Notes under the pieces: model-generated
Database searches by the model: none
What the model was told of the DNA's origin: nothing
What the model saw: only the letters and a program-made list of their open reading frames with translations
Part shown: in pieces, positions 38,700-50,821 of the stretch
Position numbering within the stretch: position 1 is the stretch's first letter
Layout of the letters: every line of letters starts with the position of its first letter
Translations under genes and position numbers: made by a program
NCBI GenBank assembly: GCA_044892525.1
Contig: CM097885.1
Coordinates: 78,244,001-78,308,000, forward strand
Direction: 5' to 3'
Length of the DNA stretch: 64,000 nt
DNA from: Schmidtea polychroa
Lineage: Eukaryota

Positions 38700-39300
38700 C
38701 ACAAAATACCCATTACAATAAACACTCCTTGATTAGACGCACACAATACAGAAGAAGAGTACCAACTATTCTATAACATGCAGGTAGAAAACTTGGATGA
38801 CCGACAGGTCGACCAGGCGGAGGAAACCCCATTTATAACCCCTCTAGAAAATTTCCGTTCTATTGAGTGGTAGACAAAGGAATAATCTGTCTCAATTTTC
38901 AACATTTTACAGAGTCAGAGTGACGATAGATCAGTACATTGCAGATAGCACACGAGTTAGGAAATAGAGATTTTTGGACGAAAAGACTACATTTAGATAA
39001 TTCACGAGTTTTTTCATGAATCGATCATAATCGATAATTTATAGGAAAACTTCACACTAGGAAATACAGACCTATGCGAATAGGATTAATGCATAGTACA
39101 GATAAGCCCAAAGAACTCATCAGGATAAAAATTGATTTAGGAAACTTTAACAAAAATTGATATCACCCCTTTTTTGTGTAATCATGAGATCATCATTAGA
39201 CGAATAAGTTCTGGTTCGAGAAATATATGCAGGTAACACCAAATTAGATAAGCTAATGACAAACACAAGTTCAACTTCATTTTTTTCTTGGATTAAAGAA
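38700..39300 (+). mobile_element. Heavily decayed non-LTR retrotransposon RT fragment
   Basis: Weak matches KYRPM (NYRPISL-like) and IYAGNTKL (YADDTKL-like); many stops. Confidence 0.4.
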
Positions 39301-39394
39301 ATAATCACCCCGGAAGGAAAATCCGTATTAATATTAACCGTCTTGTGGTAACCTTCTCTGTGGGTCTAAATCAGTCATCACTATCCTCTAGAAA

Positions 39395-39920
39395 ATGAAC
39401 GATTCAAATTCTACAACTAAACCTTCCGCTAAGGAAATACAATTAATCGAGGATGTGCGCAAGCTGCGCGACCGCTTAAGTCAGAAGCAGAAGCAGTTGA
39501 ATCGGGTGGAAGCCACTTGGCTCGCCCCACAGAATGCCCACGCTTTAAATCAGTGAATCTTCAGGTTGGAAAAGGCTCGCGACGAAATTGTAACAGAGAG
39601 CCGAACTCAGCTATTAGTGATTCGGCGAACACACGAGCTGTTGCTGAAAATATACACCGCAATTCAGCACCACGACCTCGATCTGCACAGCCGATACCAG
39701 TTCCTACAAGCTCTTCCGTTCCTACAGTCGTACCAAACGCATCAATTCCTCTAAACCCGAGTCAGAACCACTACACAAGGACTCGTCGAATGCACCGTTA
39801 AAGAGCCAAAGCTCGGTGGCTAGCCGGACTAGCCGCCCTGGCTCCTTCATCACTTTTGACAACTGCCTTCCAGCCAATCACTCAGCCAATGCGGACCTGG
39901 ATGACTCCAACTTTTATCTA
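39395..39920 (+). pseudogene. Unknown coiled-coil ORF family, copy 5
   Basis: ctctag-aaa-ATG; MNDSNSTTKP...VRKLRDRLSQKQKQLNRVEATWLAPQNAHALNQ*IFRLEKARDEIVTESRTQ...KIYT / NHYTRTRRMHR*RAKARWLAG. Confidence 0.8.
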
Positions 39921-40109
39921 GATTACTTATGACATTAGACTCTTATCATTACCCCTTGTAACATTCACCGAAAAAATGTTTAGTCTTTTTATCTTTTTAA
40001 TGAATTAAAGAGTGTACTTGTTTCTACTCGTATTTAATTTATCGTAAATCCGAATCCTTCTCTTACTCCATTCCAAAACCCTTAGTTTATTTATACAAAG
40101 TGTCTTCAA

Positions 40110-40389
40110 GTACCGTAGACGTAAGCCCTTCCATCAGCAGTCCTGCTTGTTAGGGAAAGTGTACCGTGAGAAGTCGGATTAAGCCAGCTCATCTTTACTC
40201 GAGCTTTCCGCCGCTATATACAGTACCAACGCGTTTCACACCCGCGTGTATACAGTGGATACCTTTAAATAGTCGTGTTTGGTTTTCTAGGCGTTACCCA
40301 GCAACAGAACTTCACCCCTAGCGAAAACATCATCCGAAAGTAAGTCTTTTTTCTGAGTCAGGATAGGTAACTCCCCTAGGACGCCAACA
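40110..40389 (+). other. Conserved structured element (copy C)
   Basis: CTTCCA, GCTCA hairpin (AGCTC/GAGCT), stem TATATAC/GTGTATA (40215-40252) around TACCAACG; ends CTCCC...GCCAACA. Confidence 0.7.
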
Positions 40390-41207
40390 TAATTATTTAA
40401 AGGTCAATTTAATAAACAGATTCATTTGTTATATAATTTCAGGTTTATTATATACTGTAAAGCTGTTAATAATTCCCCTGGAGAAATATTTATTACTTTT
40501 TCAAAAGAATAGAAATGAGGAATTATTAGGTTTTTCCAAAAAATGAAATTTAACAATTATTGTCAATAGAATTGATTTAGTATATCGAAAATCTGAGATG
40601 TAAAATAAATTTAATATGTTTATTGATGTTTTGGTTTAATACTGAATATAATCTAAAAATCATATAAACATTATAAATCCATTATAATCCATTAATTATA
40701 AATCCATTCTTATTTTTTTCAATTTTCATTTTTTTTTAAATTAATAGAAGATGAGGGATTATTAGATGTTTTACAGTTTAAATATTTATAACTTATATAA
40801 TATAGAATATAAATTATTTATATGCACCGACTATAAGTAAATGGGTCATAACTGAATATGAGTTATGTAGTCCGCTAGAGTTAAATTCGAATGAACTTTA
40901 ATAAAGTGCAAGATCTGACAGAAACTGTTTGAAAATTGCAAACAATCTAATATTGATAGTTTGAAATTTTAGAGGAAAATGTTATTATTCGAAATTGATT
41001 TATGTGTGGAGTAATATTTTTACAAAAATATTTCCTTTAATGAACCTGTCTGTTTGAGATTGCTGGTTTTTTGTGATTGATTTTTGGTTCAGGATCTTAC
41101 GGAAGGATTTTAGTGGAAATATTTCCTTTATCGTCATGATCAACTGTTGGATGACAGGGGTCGAGCAATTACAGAGTTCAAACTCACGAAATATTATAGA
41201 GCAGGCC

Positions 41208-41273
<66 letters not shown>

Positions 41274-43563
41274 CAATATTTACGTAGAGCCTCAGCAGTG
41301 TCCACAATCTAAACCAATCCAATCCAAAGAATAATGTCAGAAGATTAACCATTATAATGACTATATTGGTGTTCTGTTCATTTAATGACTTAATTTGACT
41401 TATTGATTATTTAATCTTGGTAGCTTATTTATTTTGATTTATCCTTTAGTATTGGGGTGTATTTTTATTTTTACGTGTATACATTTTAATAAAAAATATA
41501 TTGGGAATCAATTAGTTATAAATTGGCATATTGAAAAACAGATGTTTGAAAAAACAACAAATTAAGAATAGTAATGATTGCAATAACACATACTTTAAGA
41601 ATAATTATAAAAAAACACATTTTAATGCTTAAAGAAAAAAATAATAAGTTTACAGTATTACAAAATAACAAAACGCATACTTGAAAATAATTATACATTT
41701 TCTAAGAATAATTAATTTTTTGCAATATTACAAAATAACAATAATTAAGGATTTATGACACATTTTTTCTTATCATAATAATAATAATTAACATATTTTT
41801 GACAGTACTTAAATACAATTACAAAATATATTAATTTAAATTTAATAGAAAGAGGGAAACACAGAAAAAGTATAATAGCGACTTAAAATCATTATTATTT
41901 GCCCAAAAGTTAAACCACTTTTTACAATCTAAAAAGGTAAATCCTTATTAGATTACAAAATAAAACAGGCACAACAAAAACGTCTAGCAAATCGCAAGCA
42001 ACATAACACGAATCACACAACACTCACACAGACAATTTACACGCAGTAATTGTATTGAGCATTGGTATTCGAATATTGAGAAAATTGTTGAGATTTTATT
42101 TGGTAAATTTTCATTTTAAAATAAATATTCAAAAAACAACTTTGTCTTTTCATATTGAGTAAATATATATAAGAACCAGTAAAGTTGGGGTTTTCGAATA
42201 ACGAGACCTCAACACAAGTATTGGAAAGTTTAACACCACTTAGTTTCTCAGATAGTCGGATGTGATGATTAGTTAAATATCGGAAATTATTTTCTTCATT
42301 CCGATATATCGCAATTTTCGTAATCGATTTCGTTGACTTAAATTTTATAATTATCTGACAGGATTCTAATCAACTGTCATATTTTTATCAGTTTCAAATA
42401 TCGGATTCAGTGTGTGGTTTGGTGTTTTATTGATGTAATCATCAAGATGGCAGTGATTTGAACTAATATGCAAATCCATATTTTCGACTTCTTACAATCA
42501 TAATCAGAAAATTTTATTATGCACATAAGACCGTCTAACAGCTCACCACAAATTACTTGCTTTGTCTCATTAAAATATGTGTGTGTGTGTGTTGGGTTGG
42601 ACTCGCTCAGGGAGCAATTTTGATAGCCATATATTGGCTAGGGTTATTATTATAATAAAAATAAATATAAATTACTAAAAATAGAAATAATTACTATAAA
42701 TAAAAAATACTAAAATAAGTAATTTATAAATAAATATATAAATAGTAATATATAATTACTATAATTAAATAAGTTAGGAATTTATTAATATAAATATGTG
42801 AACTGTTACTCAAAAAAATTAGACAAATTTTGTTTTGAGCTGAATCAATATTGATTACAAGCTACTTTCAAAAGACAATAATTTCCGCTATAAATTCAAT
42901 AAGGGTTAATAGCGTTCATTGGAAATAAGCGACAACTGAAGTGGCAATAATACTATTCAATAGAAATTAAATGAGAATTCTTAACAGCTGCTACCAAGAA
43001 AATTCCGTATATAAATAACAGAAATTAGAAAATATAACAATTTTGAACAAGCAATATCAGCTTTGTCAAAAAATCAGAAGAATTTCTTAACCATAAGGTT
43101 ATCTGAATTCTTGTATTAAACTTTAAACTGCACAACCCAACCACGAGAAGCAGCAATTCGTTAAAGCTCTTGGGGATGTAGATTTTCAAATTAACAATAT
43201 TGGTAATATATCGAAATCCTCGCAGTTTGCAAAAACAACTATGGTAACAAGTTCTTTAGTGATTTTATATATTTTCGCATCGGTTTTATTTTTTTATAGA
43301 AATGAAATAAAACTATAAAATATTGTTTAGTCATAAAAGCGTCATATATAATTTTTACAAGTAAATGGATTGGGCACCACTAGACCACCCTCCCCCACCC
43401 CGTTATAACAATTTTTTTGTTATTATTATTAATATTATTATTATAAATAATGCTCAAAATGCTGAAATTATTAATAATAATTATTATCTATCTAATAAAT
43501 TATTATTGACAGCATGCAATTTGTTAATTGTTCTTTAGCCAAAGCTATGAAAATTCTTACTAC

Positions 43564-43835
43564 TGTTGGCATATGAGGGAGAAGAAAACTCACCCAACCA
43601 TTATCATACCGACCGCATTGGTTAGCTCAGACACCTCCCATGCATACGCCAAATGATCATTTACATATTCCCACGCATGAGCCCGTGGTGATGTTCCACG
43701 TTGGTAGTGCCCATACGGGTCGGAGCTGACTAACAGGTGAGCCCCTATCTTAGGACTACTGATAGCCCGCTCGCGGTTCAGGTTCACGGGTGCCTTAGAA
43801 GGACTTACCCCTATTCATGCTTCAGTCTTGGTTCG
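43564..43835 (-). other. Conserved structured element (copy D)
   Basis: CTTCTA, GCTCA hairpin, stem CGTATGGGC/GCTCATGCG (43674-43717) around TACCAACG; ends CTCCC...GCCAACA at 43564. Confidence 0.7.
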
Positions 43836-44093
43836 ATCCTGGTCCAAGGGAACGACCGTTAGCCTACTAGCTTTCCTTCCACAACACTAAATCATTTATT
43901 CTCAAAACCAAACATATGAAAATCTTTATAAAACGGAACCAAATAGACAAAATATATTAATACCGAAATGAAAAAAAAACATCATTACACTTATTAATGC
44001 AACATCATACGGACGGTTAGGATGCACAATATTAACGAAGTTTATCAGTCAATTCACGACTCGAAATACATTCGGAATCACTCGCAAACCGTT

Positions 44094-44855
44094 TTAGTTA
44101 AAGTTTTCTCCGTCGGCAATTAACTCGTCGATGTCTACCGGCAATCTACAATCCGCGATAAACTTGATGCCGTTAGCTGGAATGATACGGAAAACTTCTT
44201 TCGAGGGAATCGTATGAGTGGTGGATATCTCTGCTATTGTCGTCTGCGCTGCAAACAAAGAAGCCTCGAGCGCCTTCATTGCATTTCTTCGTTTCTTAGT
44301 CTTCTCGGCCCTAGTTGGGTGTTTGCGTTTGCGTGATGTCGGATTTCCTCCAACAGCAGTAGATACTGTGGGTGCCACTAGGATCGGGGCCAGAATTGGG
44401 TCAGATGGACCGCCTTTCATAGGTAAGTATCCTGACAGCACTGGGGCTGGAATGGGCGGTAGATGTGAACCGTGCCCTTGACAAGCTGTAGTGGGAGTTG
44501 TAGATGACTGATGATGGAGAGGAAAGACATTCGATCCATCCAATACGGGATATTCGCGTACCCGCTTTGCTATTTCTGCCTCCGTGTAGACCTTATGGAG
44601 GGCTTCTGATTGTGCTTTTATTGTGAGCCTTTGGCATCGGCTTTCTTCTAGTAGGCTGTCCCTACAATGTTCTAACCTGAGGATCTTAGCCTTTTCCTCC
44701 TTCATCTGTGGCGGGGAGAACCACGTTCCTTCATAAAGATCTATCCTCTTCTTGAGGGCCCCTATATATAAATGAAGTTGAGAGATGTCCGAGTTCTTGT
44801 CAGCGCAAGAGAAACACGGACGAAGTTCTTGGGCGTTGTTGGATGGTGTTGTCAT
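44094..44855 (-). CDS. Unknown coiled-coil ORF family, copy 6, intact 253 aa
   Basis: Open frame starting right after ttttctag. PCFSC, heptad region, EGTWFSPPQM, RLEHCRD, KVYT, FPLHH, Pro-rich linker, basic RKRK...KKRR tail. Confidence 0.85.
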   Translation of the reverse strand: MTTPSNNAQELRPCFSCADKNSDISQLHLYIGALKKRIDLYEGTWFSPPQMKEEKAKILRLEHCRDSLLEESRCQRLTIKAQSEALHKVYTEAEIAKRVREYPVLDGSNVFPLHHQSSTTPTTACQGHGSHLPPIPAPVLSGYLPMKGGPSDPILAPILVAPTVSTAVGGNPTSRKRKHPTRAEKTKKRRNAMKALEASLFAAQTTIAEISTTHTIPSKEVFRIIPANGIKFIADCRLPVDIDELIADGENFN

Positions 44856-47800
44856 CTAGAAAATTAACCATGGTTCAAACCGAATTGCGATACTTATTAA
44901 GGTATCCAGTACAAGAATTTATTGGTTATAATTCTGTAATTTTCACGAAGTGTTTTGATTCATAAATTTTATGTTTTTAATGTCTCAGCTAAGTTTTCTC
45001 TAGTAATCCGTTTTAACGGTTAAAATGTAGCTAGTTCCAAATTCTATCGAGTCACTAAACTCAAAGATTTCACTCATCATACCGCGCCACAGCATACAAT
45101 AAAACAACTTGTTTTCACACAATTCAACACTCCTCATTCACTCATTTAGGAAACAACATTCCGATCGATTTATTGATTCAAGATGATGGAGAGAAGAAAA
45201 CGGGGAATCCTCGATTTTAACTTGTTCGATGAAAAATCTATCTTTACCCTCGGGTCGGATAACTCATACTCATTGCATTTTAGTCGGCTGCTATAGTCAA
45301 ACATATTTACGTTCGTAATCCATAGAAGAGAATAGCATCCGATCGTTGGGGATTTCAGTTTATTAATTTGTACCTACTTCGTATTGCTAATTCGCATGAA
45401 AAATTCATCCCTCCTTATGGTGCATTGTTATTACGAATTTACATAAAGGACTTTAAATATATACTATTAGCTAATTATATTATAATTTAAATTCTAAAAA
45501 ATTCTTTTAAAAATCGCGCTACTTCTGTCGCCCTAGTGACGCCTACTTGTAGATGTGTGCATTATTCTTATATTTATTAACTGAGTCGGTATGCATTGTT
45601 GGAGAATCTCCATCTTGAGCTTTCATGTGTGTCTATTTCTATGTGATAGTGGAGAAAATTCGACGTCGTATTAAATCGCAGTGGAGACGATCTGCTCTGT
45701 TGTGCATACACACCAGCCTACCAACTCAGGGAATTACGAGTAGGTTACTACGTAATTATGACGTCACGGCCAAATTCCAATGCCAAGAGTACTCTGCTAT
45801 CCTACTGGGAGACGATTCACGATGGGGTGTGTGTGCAGTCACGAAACGTAACATATTAGCATTATCGCTAAGTGTTCTACGAGCATCACCATGGAATAGT
45901 ACGTAGTAATCCGATGAGCAATAACTAAGCTAGAATGTTTAATCTGCCTCGATCATTACGCAGCCAGTACAAGACAAGGTCTACCCACGCGTCAATTAGA
46001 TTATTCCTCGTGGAAATTTATTATCGGTATTATCTGGTTTCGTTGGTCATTCGATTCGATCAGTTATCATCTGCCGGCAATTCATTTCTCAAGTCACTGA
46101 TAACTCTTACAGTGGTTCCTCAATTCAGTCAGTGATCAATTGATAAATCTGTCAGCGATTTCTGTCATTTCTCCGTGAGTAATCTGATAACCTCTCCTAC
46201 TTATTTACATTCTTTTCAGGAAAAACGATGTTTATCAGCGATTCGAAGCTAATCACTTAACTTAAAAGTGCATTCGTCGACGGGTGTCATTGCTAACATA
46301 TCGACGGTTCAGATTCTGCTAGTATACCGAGGAAAACAGTACTCTACGAAATTTACTGGATTTATACTCCAAGCCTTGTCGACAACATTCTCGTTCACTA
46401 TCCCGACTGACGGGTTGACCGTTATGAAGAAATTTCGCCGAACTATATGGATTCTTAATGCGTTGATAAAATTGTCAATCTCAACTCCGAACTGTCTTGG
46501 GTTCGCAACTTAAATCTCCTCCGCTATTATCAGGTGTATCGATGTGACTTGTTGAAGCTATGGAACTTACTAAGAACGATGCGAGCTCGGTGAAGAAATT
46601 CCATCTTTCGGCCTGTTCTCCTAACCTACTGAGCCTCTACACCCCTCATAACACACCCAAGAAGGCAATCATCTCTGCCGCCATTCTCGGACGATCATGA
46701 GGGACCAGTCGACTCTTTCGCATTCAGCAATTTAAAAACAAATTTCAGATATAAATAATAAAAATGGAACAAATAATAATCAAGTAAATGAATCAAATTA
46801 CGGGCGACCATATCGTCTGAGTTCCAAGTATGATGCTTTCTCATTTCCAACCCAATATCCCCTTACAGTATTGGCATCGTATCCATCATTATCACTTGCT
46901 CCTGATCCAATATCCTCGCAACATCTCTTGGCTACTCTCTCCATTTGGCATCATACTTGAAATCATCAGAAGGTACAATCGTCGGCACCATGAAGAAAGG
47001 CAGGTTCTGTTTTTAAATAAATTTATTGAATAAATTTTCCTTGTTATTTACAAAATTTAATATCAATTATAAATATTTACTAAATTTCATCATATCTATC
47101 ATAAAATCAAACCTAAAAATATCCTACCATACCTTGAGATTGAATAACTGGGTTAAATCGGCTAAAGATTTCCTGAATAATACCGTTAATAGTTCGCTGT
47201 ATGTTTCTTCCTCAAATCAAATTAGTCTTCTTTGGATTAGCCTTCTGTAGTAGTTCGTGAATAAAGTCTCGAAACCTGTAGAGTTTTTGATTAAAGTGGT
47301 CAAACTTAACAAATTTTACCTGTAGAGTTTTTGATTAAAGTGGTACTCTACTGATTTTTAGCGTTTCTTATATACTATTTTTCGTCCAATCAGGACTTAG
47401 TTAGGTTGTAATTTTTAATATTTATTATTATTTTATGTTTTTATTATAATATATTAGCTTTTAATAACTTAATTTATTTCTTATTATTATTTTATTTATT
47501 TTTCCTATTTTTCTTATTTTTCTACTATTTTTTCTGCGGGTTCACTGCTACTTTATCATAATACAATTTTTGTTTTAATTAAACTTAAAGATATTTTTAT
47601 TTTTTATTTATTGCTTTAATTTCTCGTTTATTTTCTCTTACTTTTTTTGCTTATTCTATTTTTACTTTATTTATTGTGTTTTAACTCAATTTTCTTATAT
47701 CCTATTTCTAATTCTTAAGGGCTTTATTTATTTATCACTTATTCTTATTTCTTTTTATGGGTATTTTATTGTTTCCTTATTTATTATTGAGGTTTGATGG

Positions 47801-47929
47801 GGATTTATTTTTTATTATATTTCGTTTATATTTTTCGCGGCTCGTTTCCCGATTTAACCCAGTTTTTCTCTACTTCAAAACTTAGCCCAACACTACTTTT
47901 CCTTTAACTTCGTCTGTCTTTCAGGGGTA

Positions 47930-48830
47930 AATAATTCATTCGAAAGGTATCTTTCCGTATAATTTTGCAACTGTGAATGTGCTTGAGTCTACTTTGGTTG
48001 GGCTCTTAGTCAAAATCTTCAGTATGGTGATTTTTCTTGGATGAATGATAATCTGAATGATGTTTTCTTGAATGTATGAACATGGATATTGAAATCCTTC
48101 CATATGGGTACACTATAGAGGTTGATATCGATATTCCGGAATGTGTTTTCCACTTGTGCCGGAAAAGTTGTGCCTACCTAATTCAAAAGTTGAGAGGCTT
48201 ATGCTTACGCATTGGCCGAAGAGGAACAAGGTTCTTAATTGGAGGCTTCTCAAATTGTACATAGAATTAGGTGCCATTGTTGTATATATTCATAGATGTA
48301 TAAAATTTAATAAAGCACCTATATTTAAATCGTATATAGACACCAACACAACTTTAAGATCTCAATCTACTAGTGAAATATATAGGGACTTGTTTAAATT
48401 GTATAATAATAACCTGTACCGTAAATCCGTAGAGAACCTCAAGAAACAAATGAATTTGAGGTTATGTAATTCATCTGAAATGATAGCATACGCCTCAAAA
48501 CCGACTTTCAAAAAGCCCTTATTTATAGAAGGACTCTATATGCTTAGACAGACCTAGTTACATAGGTCAAACAGTACTAGATCTGACTAAACAGCGGATG
48601 TACCAGCTCCAATATATTGATTTGGCACCAATTTATTTACATAAAAAATATTTTAGCAGGTGATACCGACAGTTTCTTTCTAGAGATTAAAAATCTCAAG
48701 TTAGATATTTTATTACCAAGGGATTAGGATATTCAGAATATGTTTTCTTACGCCCGAAATGTTATAATCTTTTAGGCAGTAAGGAAACAGTTAAAGTAAA
48801 GGTGGTTAAATTATCTGGGACATCCATAAA
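47930..48830 (+). pseudogene. polB: Protein-primed family B DNA polymerase remnant (Polinton/adintovirus-like)
   Basis: Motifs in correct order: KGIFPY, GYTIEVDIDIP, PLVPE, IHRCIKF..PIFKSYIDTNT.LR, FKLYNNNLY.K..EN, GDTDSF (48659), EYVFLRPKCY; frameshifted and internally deleted. Confidence 0.9.
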
Positions 48831-49199
48831 TCACCAAAAATTAATAAGCACAACTCCCAACGTATATTTGTTTACTAACAATATTTTAGGTATAAATAGG
48901 CTTTAAGAATTTGGCATTTATTGAGCTTCAGCTATTTCTTAAAATTTTTAAATTTTAACTGGCAAAGAAAATTGTTACCAAAAATTATCTTGGATATTGT
49001 TGCCAAAAAAAGATTTTATTCGGAACTGAGATTTTAATTTGGCTTTGTGTTAGCCATTACAATTACATGACTGTATCGTCAAATTATCTACGCAACTTTA
49101 TTGGATGAAATTGAATTAAAAATTGGGCAGGCGGATTCAACTTATGCTAGAATTAAATGTATGATAACCGATGATGATATTATTGACGATTTGAAAGGA

Positions 49200-49650
49200 A
49201 ATATAATAATTTTTGTAATTGCCTATTTTTGACTTAATTGGTTTTGACTTCTTTGGTTATCATTCCCTAATTGGCTTTTTCTGTTGACCCTCTTCGTAAT
49301 TCCCCTTCTTTTGTTTACCCTCGTTTATCCGGCTGTTTGAATAATTGCCCTCTGAATTCCTAGCTTGTTTACCCTTCCAAATTGTCGTGTTCGGGTTTTC
49401 TTAATCACTCAGGTTCTCCATTGGCTCGGGCTTCCCATTAGCCAATTAACTAATTAATTAATATTTTACGTTTTTTCTTATTTGTCTTTTTTACGACCCT
49501 TTCTAAACATTTTCTAACAATTTCTTGCTCACTGTTTTCTTCACCATCCAGTAATCTACCCCTCTCTCGTTTTCCAGCTTCAATTTCGATAACTTTTCAC
49601 TTTATTCCACTTCCTCAGATTTGAGCATTTTCATAAATTTTACTTATAAA
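49200..49650 (-). mobile_element. LTR fragment related to 16473-17526
   Basis: ccattggctcgggcttcccattagccaatt is the near reverse complement of the repeats at ~16830-16890. Confidence 0.65.
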
Positions 49651-49705
49651 AAAAATATGGAGCTTTAATATTGCAATCCAGTATTTCCTGCAACATGAGG
49701 AAACT

Positions 49706-50477
49706 TTGCGAGGACTATGGGCAGATCCTAAGATCACAAAGTACTTTGTTGGTCAGGAGGAAATTGGCGAAGGCGGTTATAGGCATCTCCAGTGTATGCT
49801 CGAGACTATGCGGAATTATACAATCTCCGTTGTCCGCAGCCAATTCAAAATACCCTTTGTTAAAGGGCATCCGGCTTCTGAGCGTGCCACAGTACATGCA
49901 TATGCAACGAAACCAGAGACTCGGCAGTCGGACAGATTATCTTTATCATATGGCGAGCAGAGTAAGCGTTTTTTTGAAAATAACTTTAAAGCTATGTTAA
50001 AATTGTGATTCATACTCTGAGGCGATCCAAATTTTGAAGGATAAAGTACCTTTTCATTATTTAAAAAAGCGAAAGGTCATTGTTGAAAGTCTTCTTAATG
50101 AGTACGGGAAACCTACGACTCCCAATTTTATGGATTTTGTAATCGATACAATTAATATCAACGATCTTCGTAGCCATATTTTTCTTGGTAAAACTGGCAT
50201 CGAAAAAACCAACTTTGCTTTGAGACATTTCAAATGCCCAGTTCATGTCAAGCACATGCAGATGTTGGGACGTGTTTCGAGCGATATCACCAAAACAGAT
50301 GGTATCGTATTTGATAACTTATATTTTAGCAAGTTCTCGTCATCCGAATTTTTAAGTCTTGTCGGCTTAGCCTTTGAGAACTGCATTAATATTAAATACT
50401 CGGTTGCTCTCATACCTAAGTGTATGCCGAGAATCTTTTGTATAAACACACTAGAGAACTTCTTCCCGACAATATAA
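49706..50477 (+). pseudogene. rep: Endogenous CRESS-DNA-virus Rep (HUH endonuclease plus SF3 helicase), frameshifted, 5'-truncated
   Basis: GQEEIGEGGYRHLQC (motif II), YATKPETR (motif III), GKTGIEKT (degenerate Walker A), GIVFDN (Walker B), IKY...IP...PRIFCIN (motif C). Confidence 0.85.
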
Positions 50478-50821
50478 GCCCTGAGATTCACCACTTTAAA
50501 GAGAATCTTTTCAAAGAATATATTAATGAGACTCAAGTAAAAATTTTATTCATTTCAACTATACAGGACGTTCCTCGACGAGGAGGAAATCGATCATTCA
50601 CCTAATCACCTGCCGGCATTGCGGAAGATCAAATCGAATCTTCGTAAGAGTTTGCGACTCAAATTTCTGATTAAACTTTTCATTTACATTGTTTAGGTCT
50701 GATTATAACTTGGTTTAGCTTGTAGTTAAGAATAACATTAAATTTGTATTGAGTTATTGATTTTTTATTTTCTATACTATCTACTCATGTAATATAACTT
50801 TTTTATAAGAGTAAGTATATA

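Noticed and set aside
32958-43835. Structured element as spliced-leader RNA or snRNA
   Set aside because: GTAAG occurs but at inconsistent positions, and the Sm-like AATTTTTG is present only in copy B, inside a hairpin loop.
18510-44510. Other CTGATGA hits as hammerheads (~18510, ~30095 minus, ~32927, ~35483, ~44503)
   Set aside because: No stem II followed by GAAA and no closing stems.
47146-47866. 16-bp inverted repeat CCGATTTAACCCAGTT and a 28-bp direct repeat at ~47275/47317
   Set aside because: No TSD, ORF or further copies to support an element.
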